DNA from: Clostridia bacterium
GTDB taxonomy: Bacteria > Bacillota > Clostridia > UBA1381 > UMGS1253
Length of the DNA: 42,497 nt
NCBI GenBank assembly: GCA_045590935.1
Contig: JAZNSA010000156.1
Location: 1-42,497, forward strand
Direction: 5' to 3'
The position numbers and the translations under genes were made by a program. This document shows positions 1-7,390 of this stretch, one piece after another (position 1 is the stretch's first letter; every line of letters begins with the position of its first letter). The notes under the pieces were generated by a model. It was not told the DNA's origin and made no database searches. It saw only the letters and a program-made list of their open reading frames with translations.

Positions 1-48
1 AGACAATGAAAGAGCAACAGCGCCACATAGAATTTTTTTCATGTTCAT
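1..48 (-). CDS. 5' end (first 16 codons, MNMKKILCGAVALSLS) of a second solute-binding lipoprotein gene running off the left edge
   Basis: Reverse complement of 1-101 is identical to 9505-9605, which carries the AAGGAGG SD and first codons of the 9558-11171 binding protein. ATG at 48 (alternative at 42). Confidence 0.55.
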   Translation of the reverse strand, partial: MNMKKILCGAVALSLS

Positions 49-101
49 AATTTTCTTTCCTCCTTTTTTTAAATTAAATTGCATTCGCTCTGACAGCAAG
101 C
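1..101. repeat. Left arm of a perfect 101-bp inverted repeat (partner 9505-9605), truncated by the window edge
   Basis: Base-by-base comparison of the reverse complement of 1-101 with 9505-9605 shows no mismatch. Flanks beyond the block are similar but diverged. Confidence 0.9.
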
Positions 102-142
102 GATACGCAAAATAATCTGCAATAATTAAAAAGCTTTAAGCT

Positions 143-703
143 TTACGGCAGCTTTATATACTTTTGATTAGGCAAATCGTATTTATAAGCCTCTTTTCCG
201 TCGTAAGTGATATAAAACACACCCTCAGTATCTCCGCCCTCAACCTTTGCAACAATAGCGTGGCACTTTTTTTGATTTATTACAGCGCCGCTCTCGTCAA
301 ACAAAAGCTGATGACTAACGCCCGTTGAAAGCCCAAGCTGCTCAGCGGTATACCTTTGCAAAATCAAAACCGCTGATTCTCTTGTTATATTTCCATTCTC
401 GTCATAAGTTAACACGTCTTTTTCTTCGATTTGAGGAGCTGCGGTAGGCTGAGGACTTTGCTCTGCTTCTTTAGAAGGCTCTGCCTCATCCGTTTTGTTA
501 TTTCCCTCTTTGTTTTCCTCTGCGGCAGAAACAACCTCACCGTTATCTAAAATATCGCCGCCGTCCTCTATTTCTTCTTTGTTTGCATCTTCTGCATTTT
601 CAACGTTTTCAGGCTTAACCTCAGGCTCAGGATTTTTCTTCGAGCAACCAACAAAGGAAAGCATAAAAAACAAGCACATAAGCAACAACAATACCTTTTT
701 CAT
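143..703 (-). CDS. Secreted lipoprotein of unknown function (acidic low-complexity linker plus C-terminal globular domain)
   Basis: ORF track 143-742. The internal ATG at 703 gives MKKVLLLLMCLFFMLSFVGC, a classic signal peptide with lipobox. The upstream GTG at 742 has no SD. Confidence 0.7.
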   Translation of the reverse strand: MKKVLLLLMCLFFMLSFVGCSKKNPEPEVKPENVENAEDANKEEIEDGGDILDNGEVVSAAEENKEGNNKTDEAEPSKEAEQSPQPTAAPQIEEKDVLTYDENGNITRESAVLILQRYTAEQLGLSTGVSHQLLFDESGAVINQKKCHAIVAKVEGGDTEGVFYITYDGKEAYKYDLPNQKYIKLP

Positions 704-860
704 ATCACCAGCAAGTCCTTTCGTGTATAAAGAATACTTCACTAATTATTGATTATGTATAAATACAATTATCATAATGACATCATTTTACCACAATATG
801 ATTATTTTTGCAATAGTTTTTTTGAAAATAATAAAAATAAAAAAATATTAGAAAAAACTA

Positions 861-889
861 TTTACTTAATTTGAAAAATGGTATATAAT
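861..889 (+). promoter_or_regulatory. Sigma-A-like promoter TTTACT-17-TATAAT
   Basis: Hexamers read directly at 861-866 and 884-889 with a 17-nt spacer, about 70 nt upstream of the 959 start. Confidence 0.45.
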
Positions 890-958
890 TAAACTTAAAT
901 AATAGAAGCAAATGCTTTTTTAATTTGCATTTGGCTTTGGGTAAGGAGGATGTTTTAT

Positions 959-1402
959 ATGGAAGAATTTGAAAAAAACAAAAAAACGGAAGAAAAACAA
1001 GAGGAGATAAGGTATAATACATATAACGAAAGAGGACATAGAAATGTTCCCGCCATTATTTTTTCTATTGTCTCTATTTTCGTGCTGTGCTGCGTACCTT
1101 TTTTAACGAGATACAATATGCCTATATGCTATATTGAGCAGGAGGATGGAAAGCTGATGCTTGCAACGCTTGTTTCAATGGCTATTTTTTACTTTTTGGG
1201 CTTTGATATGGTTGGGCTTTGTGTAGCAACTGTTAATATTGCGCTTCTTGTATTTAATACCTATGATATGTTTTTACATTCAAGAAACTATTTACTTGGT
1301 GGGTTTTATTGGATTTTGGCACTTAGCGTATTGGTTATTATTTCGCATTTTATATACCCGCTTATTATTAAAGGGGCAGAAAAGCGAAAAAAAGATGAAT
1401 AA
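959..1402 (+). CDS. Small polytopic membrane protein, unknown function, first gene of the ECF cluster
   Basis: ORF 950-1402. The second ATG at 959 lies 9 nt after TAAGGAGG. Three to four hydrophobic helices and a charged N-terminus. Confidence 0.6.
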   Translation: MEEFEKNKKTEEKQEEIRYNTYNERGHRNVPAIIFSIVSIFVLCCVPFLTRYNMPICYIEQEDGKLMLATLVSMAIFYFLGFDMVGLCVATVNIALLVFNTYDMFLHSRNYLLGGFYWILALSVLVIISHFIYPLIIKGAEKRKKDE

Positions 1403-1488
1403 TTGATTTTTTAATGCTAGGGCGGTCGGCAAGCAAGGCTGATTTGTTTTAGCATTTTTTCTTAGCCTGAAAAATAAGGAGGTGCGAA

Positions 1489-2373
1489 ATGAATGAATTT
1501 AAAGGGTTTCACCCTTTCATTAATTTTATATATTTTTTATTTGTAATCGGGTTTTCAATGGTTTTTATGCATCCTGTTTGCATAGCTGTGTCGTTCGTTT
1601 CAAGCATCGCCTATGCAACTCTGTTAATTGGGAAAAAGTCGGCAAGGTTTAATTTTTTATATATGCCGCTCCTTATATTAGCAGGCGCAATAATTAATCC
1701 CATACTAAGCAAAAACGGCTTAACCGTTGTTTCATATCTGCCTTTTATAGGGAAAATAACGCTTGAGGCAATTTGCTACGGAGCGGCTTCTGCAGGCATT
1801 ATCGCAGCTGTCATAATATGGTTTTCGTGCTTTAACAAAATAATGACGGGCGATAAGCTTGTATATCTGTTCGGAAAGCTTGCGCCGTCGCTTTCGCTTG
1901 TTTTTACAATGGTTTTAAGGTTTGTGCCTAAATTTAAGGCGCAGCTGAAAAAGGTTTCAAATGCGCAAAAAAGCCTTCAAAGTGAGGATGAGAGCTCTTC
2001 GTTTTTGCAAAGGGTGAAAAATGCAATAAAAATACTTTCGATTATGATAACGTGGTGTCTGGAGGATGCCGTTGAAACGGCGGACAGTATGAAAAGCAGA
2101 GGCTATGGCTTAAAGGGGCGAACCGCATTTTCAAGCTATGTTTTTTCGCCTCGTGATTTTTGGGCAATTGCTTTTGTTTTGTTGCTTTCGGCATTTGTTA
2201 TAACAGGCGTTTCGCTTGATTTTATTAAGTTTGCATATTTTCCGTATTTAAGCTTTGGCTTTAATATATATGGAGCAGCTGTGTTTTGCGTTTATCTGCT
2301 GCTTTGTATGTTTCCGATATTCGTTGAGGTTTGGGGGTGTTTGAGATGGAAATTATCAAAACAGAAAATTTAA
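1489..2373 (+). CDS. ecfT: ECF transporter transmembrane (T) component, EcfT/CbiQ family
   Basis: 294-aa polytopic protein with a cytoplasmic ...DSMKSRGYG... motif typical of CbiQ/EcfT coupling helices. AGGAGG SD. Overlaps the downstream ATPase gene. Confidence 0.8.
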   Translation: MNEFKGFHPFINFIYFLFVIGFSMVFMHPVCIAVSFVSSIAYATLLIGKKSARFNFLYMPLLILAGAIINPILSKNGLTVVSYLPFIGKITLEAICYGAASAGIIAAVIIWFSCFNKIMTGDKLVYLFGKLAPSLSLVFTMVLRFVPKFKAQLKKVSNAQKSLQSEDESSSFLQRVKNAIKILSIMITWCLEDAVETADSMKSRGYGLKGRTAFSSYVFSPRDFWAIAFVLLLSAFVITGVSLDFIKFAYFPYLSFGFNIYGAAVFCVYLLLCMFPIFVEVWGCLRWKLSKQKI

Positions 2374-4961
2374 GCTTTAAATATCCGAATGAGAGCAAGA
2401 GCGCAGTAAGCGATATAACTCTTAGCATTGAGGCGGGCGAATTTGTTACTCTATGCGGAAAATCGGGATGCGGCAAGTCTACTCTATTAAGGATGTTAAA
2501 GCCAATCCTTACGCCTCACGGTGAAACCAAAGGAGAGGTCTTATTTGACGGACGGGCTATATCGTCTCTCTCGCAAGGGGAACAGGCGGAAAAAATCGGA
2601 TTTGTTTTTCAAAATCCCGATAATCAAGTTGTAACGGATAAGGTTTGGCACGAGCTTTCATTCGGGCTTGAGAGCCTTTCGTATTCCGAAACGGAAATAC
2701 GGGGCAGAGTTGCGGAAATGGCTTCATTTTTCGGTATACAGCATTGGTTTTATGAGGATGTTAAAAATCTTTCGGGCGGTCAAAAGCAACTTTTAAACCT
2801 TGCGTCGGTTATGATTATGCAGCCGTCAATTTTAATTTTGGACGAGCCTACAAGTCAGCTCGACCCTATTGCCGCTCAGGATTTTATTGACACTCTTTTG
2901 AAGATAAATCGTGAAATAGGAACAACTATTATCCTTACGGAGCATCGCTTGGAGGAGACTTTTGCAATTTCCGACAGGGTTATTGTTATGGATGATGGAA
3001 AAATTATTGCAAACGGAGCGCCAAATGACGTTGGCGAGCTTTTGAAAAATGAAAATCATGATATGTTTTTTGCGCTTCCAACGCCTATGAAGGTGTTTTT
3101 CAGCTTAGGCGGGAGCGGTGTTTGCCCAATCAACATAAGAGATGGCAGACAGTGGTTAAAAAATATGGAAATAAAAAATAAGGTTTTAGCGTGTGATAAA
3201 GGAAAAAAAGAAGAGAGCGTTGCCGAGTTTGACAACGTTTGGTTTAAATACGAAAAAAATTCGCCCGACATTGCAAAAGGGCTTTCGCTCAGCTTGAATT
3301 CGGGCGAGTTTTATGCGCTTGTAGGCGAAAACGGAAGCGGAAAAACAACCGTGCTTTCGCTTCTTTCGGGAATTCTTGCGCCGTATAGAGGCAAGATATA
3401 TAAAGAGGCAGAAATGAAAATTGCTCTTCTTAGCCAAAATCCGCAAGCTATGTTTGTTAAGAAAACGGTTTTGCTTGAGCTTAGCGACGTGCTTGAAGCT
3501 AAGAGCGGAGATAACAATAAGGAAGAACTACGAAAAATCGTTGATTTTTGCGAGCTTTGGGACTTGCTTTCGAGGCATCCGTACGACTTATCGGGCGGAG
3601 AACAGCAAAGGGTTGCGCTTGCAAAGGTGCTTTTAACAAAGCCCGACATTCTCTTGCTCGACGAGCCAACTAAGGGGCTTGATGCCCATTTTAAAGCAAA
3701 GCTTGCGAAAATGCTTTTCAAGCTTAAGCAGAGAGGCGTTTCAATTCTGGCAGTTTCGCACGATATTGAGTTTTGCGCAAAATATGCCGACAGGTGCGGA
3801 ATGTTTTTTGACGGGCATATAATAAGCGAGGATGTGCCAAAAAAATTCTTTTTGCAAAAAAGCTTTTATACAACCTCTGCGGGCAGAATGGCGAGGGGAA
3901 TTGTTGAGGGAACTGTTTTGGATGAGGATATTATATATGCGCTCGGCGGAAAAATGAAAGAACAAAAATTCTCCGAAGATGAAGATAATTTAGATAATTC
4001 GGATAAAAATGATTTTTTATCAAAAAAGCTTGAAGAGGCAAAAAAGAAGAAAAAGAAAAAATTAACAGCTAAAAATATCGTCTTGGGCGGCGTATTCGGA
4101 GTTTTGTTTTTATTTATTCAATTCGTTTTGATTAAAAAATATGACGGACTTCAAGGCTATATATTTCAGATGCTTGCTATGCTTGCGCTTGGCACATCGC
4201 TTTTTAATTTTTTGCCGAAAAGAACGTTTGAATTTGGAAAAAGAGTTGAACTTAAAGCGGGAAAAATTTCAAAAAAGACAGCTCTTGCAATACTTATGGT
4301 TTTAATAATTATTCCGATAACGGTTTTGCTTGGCGTAAAATTCGGAGGCGAAAGAAGGTACTATATAACAAGCCTTATTGTTATTTTAGAGGCGTTGCTT
4401 CCGTTTGCAATGGTTTTCGAGGGTAGACGTCCGCAAGCGAGAGAGCTTGTTATAATAAGCGTTTTATGTGCACTGACGGTCAGCGGCAGAGCGGCGTTTG
4501 TTTCGATTCCGCAGTTTAAGCCTGTTGCCGCTATGATTATAGTTTCGGGAATTTGCTTTGGAGGCGAGGCTGGGTTTGTTGTAGGAGCGGTAAGCGGATT
4601 TGTTTCAAATTTCTTTTTCGGGCAGACGCCGTTTACGCCGTGGCAGATGTTGGCTTTTGGAATAATAGGGTTTGTTTCGGGAATTGTTTTTAAAAATGGT
4701 TTTTACGGCAAAACGAAAACGGGGCTTTGCATATTCGGCTTTTTTGCAACCCTTATTTTATATGGGGGAATTATTAATGCTGCATCGGTTATTCTGGCAC
4801 ACGGAGAGCCGAATGAAAATATGTTTTTGGCAACGTATGTTGCAAGCTTACCGTTCGACATTGTCCATTCGTCGTCAACGGCGTTTTTTCTGTTCTTTAT
4901 AGCGGAGCCTATGATAGAAAAAATCGACAGAATAAGAATTAAATACGGTTTGATTAATTGA
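2346..4961 (+). CDS. Fused ECF energizing module: two ABC ATPase domains plus a C-terminal S-component-like membrane domain
   Basis: First cassette: Walker A GKSGCGKST, signature LSGGQKQ, Walker B ILILDEPTS. Second cassette: GENGSGKTT, LSGGEQQR, LLLDEPTKGLD. Then a poly-Lys linker and about 290 aa of TM helices containing GQTPFTPWQMLAFGIIGF. ATG at 2346 follows GGGGGTG. Confidence 0.8.
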   Translation: MEIIKTENLSFKYPNESKSAVSDITLSIEAGEFVTLCGKSGCGKSTLLRMLKPILTPHGETKGEVLFDGRAISSLSQGEQAEKIGFVFQNPDNQVVTDKVWHELSFGLESLSYSETEIRGRVAEMASFFGIQHWFYEDVKNLSGGQKQLLNLASVMIMQPSILILDEPTSQLDPIAAQDFIDTLLKINREIGTTIILTEHRLEETFAISDRVIVMDDGKIIANGAPNDVGELLKNENHDMFFALPTPMKVFFSLGGSGVCPINIRDGRQWLKNMEIKNKVLACDKGKKEESVAEFDNVWFKYEKNSPDIAKGLSLSLNSGEFYALVGENGSGKTTVLSLLSGILAPYRGKIYKEAEMKIALLSQNPQAMFVKKTVLLELSDVLEAKSGDNNKEELRKIVDFCELWDLLSRHPYDLSGGEQQRVALAKVLLTKPDILLLDEPTKGLDAHFKAKLAKMLFKLKQRGVSILAVSHDIEFCAKYADRCGMFFDGHIISEDVPKKFFLQKSFYTTSAGRMARGIVEGTVLDEDIIYALGGKMKEQKFSEDEDNLDNSDKNDFLSKKLEEAKKKKKKKLTAKNIVLGGVFGVLFLFIQFVLIKKYDGLQGYIFQMLAMLALGTSLFNFLPKRTFEFGKRVELKAGKISKKTALAILMVLIIIPITVLLGVKFGGERRYYITSLIVILEALLPFAMVFEGRRPQARELVIISVLCALTVSGRAAFVSIPQFKPVAAMIIVSGICFGGEAGFVVGAVSGFVSNFFFGQTPFTPWQMLAFGIIGFVSGIVFKNGFYGKTKTGLCIFGFFATLILYGGIINAASVILAHGEPNENMFLATYVASLPFDIVHSSSTAFFLFFIAEPMIEKIDRIRIKYGLIN

Positions 4962-4980
4962 ATTTTTTGGCGCCCTTGGA

Positions 4981-5095
4981 AAATCAATGCACAATGAATA
5001 ATGAATAATCCACCCTGAATTGCTGCGCAATTCTTTTTCCCCCCCTTTAGGCAAGGGGGGCGTTTGGGAGTGCGCTTTTTTTCAATTCAGAATTA
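4981..5095. repeat. REP-like intergenic element, copy A (two adjacent hairpins)
   Basis: GAATTGC-TGC-GCAATTC at 5017-5033 and CCCCCCCTT-TAGGC-AAGGGGGG at 5039-5060. About 110 nt alignable with 11284-11392. Confidence 0.8.
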
Positions 5096-5113
5096 TGCAA
5101 TTGCCTTTTCGTA

Positions 5114-5142
5114 TTGACTTAGACGTAATATTTTGATATAAT
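5114..5142 (+). promoter_or_regulatory. Sigma-A-like promoter TTGACT-17-TATAAT for the ATP-grasp/recX/rimO/pgsA string
   Basis: Hexamers at 5114-5119 and 5137-5142 with a 17-nt spacer. Confidence 0.5.
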
Positions 5143-5171
5143 AAGCCTTGTAGACGAAACATAAAAAAGAG

Positions 5172-6044
5172 GTGGCAGATTTGAATGGTTGGCTTGTTGT
5201 AAACAACTTTTTAGCGGGCGAAAAGTTTTTGGAAATATATGATTTTTTAGTATCCTCGGCGAAAAAGTATGGCGTTTGTATCAAAATAATAAAAACAGGC
5301 GAGCTGAATATTTTACTTGGCGAAAAAATTTCTCTGCCCGATTTTGTTTTGTTCTGGGACAAGGATGTGCTTATGGCAAAATGCTTGGAGGATATGGGCG
5401 CAAGGGTTTTTAATTCATCAACCGCAATAGATATGTGCGACAATAAGGCACTGACGTATATTGCGCTTAGCAAAAGCAATATAAAAATCCCAAAAACAAT
5501 TCTTTCCCCAAAAACCTTTGATAATATCGGATATAATAATTTAGACTTTTTAAAAAATGCTTCCGACTTGCTCGGCTTTCCGTATATAATAAAAGAAGCT
5601 TACGGCTCGTTCGGGCAGCAGGTATATATGATAAATAGCATAAGCGAGGCAGAAAAGCTTGTTACAGGCTTTGGCGCAAGACCGTTTGTTATGCAGGAAT
5701 TTATAAAATCAAGCGTAGGGCGGGACGTCAGAGTTAATGTTGTTGGTGGAAAGGTTATTTGCTCAATGCTCAGGTACAGCGAAAATGGTGATTTTCGGTC
5801 AAATATTTCAAATGGCGGCAAAATGGCAAACTATGAAGCAGATGAGAACCAAAAGGCTATTGCAATAAGTGCCGCTGAGGCTTTAAAGCTCGACTTTGCG
5901 GGGGTAGACGTTTTATTTGGCGAAGATGGTAAGCCAATAATATGCGAGGTTAATTCTAACCCTCATTTTAAAAGCACGCTTGAGTGTACGGGTATAAATA
6001 TGGCGGACAGTATCATTGAATGTATATTGGATAGGATAGGTTGA
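5172..6044 (+). CDS. RimK-family ATP-grasp ligase, paralogue 1
   Basis: Motifs KEAYGSFGQQV, QEFI..S.GRDVRVNVVGGKV, GDFRSNISNGG and AGVDVLF...ICEVNSNP match the RimK/alpha-L-glutamate ligase fold. The true start may be the TTG at 5181 (MNGWLVV...). Confidence 0.8.
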   Translation: MADLNGWLVVNNFLAGEKFLEIYDFLVSSAKKYGVCIKIIKTGELNILLGEKISLPDFVLFWDKDVLMAKCLEDMGARVFNSSTAIDMCDNKALTYIALSKSNIKIPKTILSPKTFDNIGYNNLDFLKNASDLLGFPYIIKEAYGSFGQQVYMINSISEAEKLVTGFGARPFVMQEFIKSSVGRDVRVNVVGGKVICSMLRYSENGDFRSNISNGGKMANYEADENQKAIAISAAEALKLDFAGVDVLFGEDGKPIICEVNSNPHFKSTLECTGINMADSIIECILDRIG

Positions 6045-6045
6045 A

Positions 6046-6906
6046 ATGGTTGGTTGGATTATATACAGCGCTGAAAATAAAAATAAAAATGATTGGTTTA
6101 TAGACTCGCTAATCAAAAGTGGCAAGGAAAAGGGGCTTGATTTAAGGCTTATCATTGCCGACAAGCTTTCGTTTGGAATAGCGGATAAAAAGCCGTCGGT
6201 TTCGTATTGCGGAGAGGTATTAAAAATGCCCGACTTCGTTATAAACCGAAGCATATTTCCTATTTTGTCGATGTATTTTGAAGAGTTTAACATAAGGGTT
6301 TTTAATTCGTATAAGGTTTCAAAAATATGCAACGACAAGCGTTTGACGCATCTTTATTTTAACGATGTTAAATCTATGGAAACGTATTTTTACGACCGCC
6401 GTTTTTTCTCGGGCGAAATTCCTTTAAAATATCCTTGTGTTGTTAAGCCGTCGGACGAGCATGGCGGTTTTGGAATTACGATTGCGAATAATAAAGAGGA
6501 GCTTATTTCGGCGATTGAAAGCTACAGGGCTAATGAATTTCTCGTTCAGAAGCTTTCGTCAAATCCAGGTAATGACGTAAGAGTGTACGTTATGGGCGGA
6601 AAAATTGTTGCGGCAGCGCTAAGAAGCTCAGAAAGCGACTTCAGGAGCAATTTTTCCTTGGGCGGCTCTGTTTCTTTGTTTGAGCTGAGCGAGGAGCAAA
6701 AGGAAATGGTTTATAAAATAACAAATCTCCTCAAGCTCGACTATGCGGGAATAGACTTTATTTTTGACAATGGCGAAATGGTTTTTAATGAAATTGAGGA
6801 TGTTGTAGGCGCAAGAATGTTATATAAGCTTACGGATATAAATGTTCACGAAATGTATTTGGATTATATTATAAATTGCTTAGAAACGGAGAGTAAAAAT
6901 GCTTAG
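6046..6906 (+). CDS. RimK-family ATP-grasp ligase, paralogue 2
   Basis: VVKPSDEHGGFG, NDVRVYVMGGKIVAA, SDFRSNFSLGG, AGIDFIF. Starts 1 nt after the stop of paralogue 1. Highly diverged from paralogue 1. Confidence 0.8.
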   Translation: MVGWIIYSAENKNKNDWFIDSLIKSGKEKGLDLRLIIADKLSFGIADKKPSVSYCGEVLKMPDFVINRSIFPILSMYFEEFNIRVFNSYKVSKICNDKRLTHLYFNDVKSMETYFYDRRFFSGEIPLKYPCVVKPSDEHGGFGITIANNKEELISAIESYRANEFLVQKLSSNPGNDVRVYVMGGKIVAAALRSSESDFRSNFSLGGSVSLFELSEEQKEMVYKITNLLKLDYAGIDFIFDNGEMVFNEIEDVVGARMLYKLTDINVHEMYLDYIINCLETESKNA

Positions 6907-7390
6907 CTTTGATGAAGCAAAGGAAAAAGCCCTTAGGGCAATTTCTGTTAAAAGGTATACAAAAAAGGAGCTTGCCGACAAGCTTAAAAAGCAGGGAGTA
7001 AGCGAGGAAGTTTCGGAGGACGTTGTAGCATGGGCTACGGAATATGGCTTCTTAAACGACGTTGAATATGCCAAAAGCTATATTTTAAATGCTCTTAATG
7101 TAAAAAAACAGGGGCTTAGGAAAATTAAATTTGAGCTTGAAGCCAAAGGGATAGACCGCTTTTTGTTTGAAGATGTTGTGTTTGAGCTTGAAGGTGATAA
7201 CGGAATTGACGAGGAAAAAAATATTATGAGCCTTTTAGAAAAGAGGCTTAAAGATATAAACAACAGAAAAGAAATCGACAAAACTGTGAGATTTTTAATT
7301 TCACGCGGCTTTGATTATGGAAAAATAAAAAAATGCGTCGCTTCGTATGTAAACGATTTTGACTTAGGAGATGAGGACTTTGCCCAATAA
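6899..7390 (+). CDS. recX: RecX family regulatory protein
   Basis: 163 aa with repeated helical modules: ...AISVKRYTKKELADKLKKQGVSEEVSEDVVAWATEYGFLNDVEYAKSY.... Overlaps both neighbours. Confidence 0.75.
   Translation: MLSFDEAKEKALRAISVKRYTKKELADKLKKQGVSEEVSEDVVAWATEYGFLNDVEYAKSYILNALNVKKQGLRKIKFELEAKGIDRFLFEDVVFELEGDNGIDEEKNIMSLLEKRLKDINNRKEIDKTVRFLISRGFDYGKIKKCVASYVNDFDLGDEDFAQ

Noticed and set aside
3311-3721. Long antisense or alternate-frame ORFs in the six-frame track. Examples: 3311-3721, 5093-5479, 5913-6338, 12655-13050, 13191-13565, 18165-18698, 20022-20492, 25081-25482, 26903-27316, 27398-27739, 37244-37870.
   Set aside because: Each lies inside, and opposite to or out of frame with, a gene whose translation carries clear family motifs. 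Their own translations are low-complexity Ser/Leu/Phe/Ile-rich shadows with no SD. They are treated as spurious.
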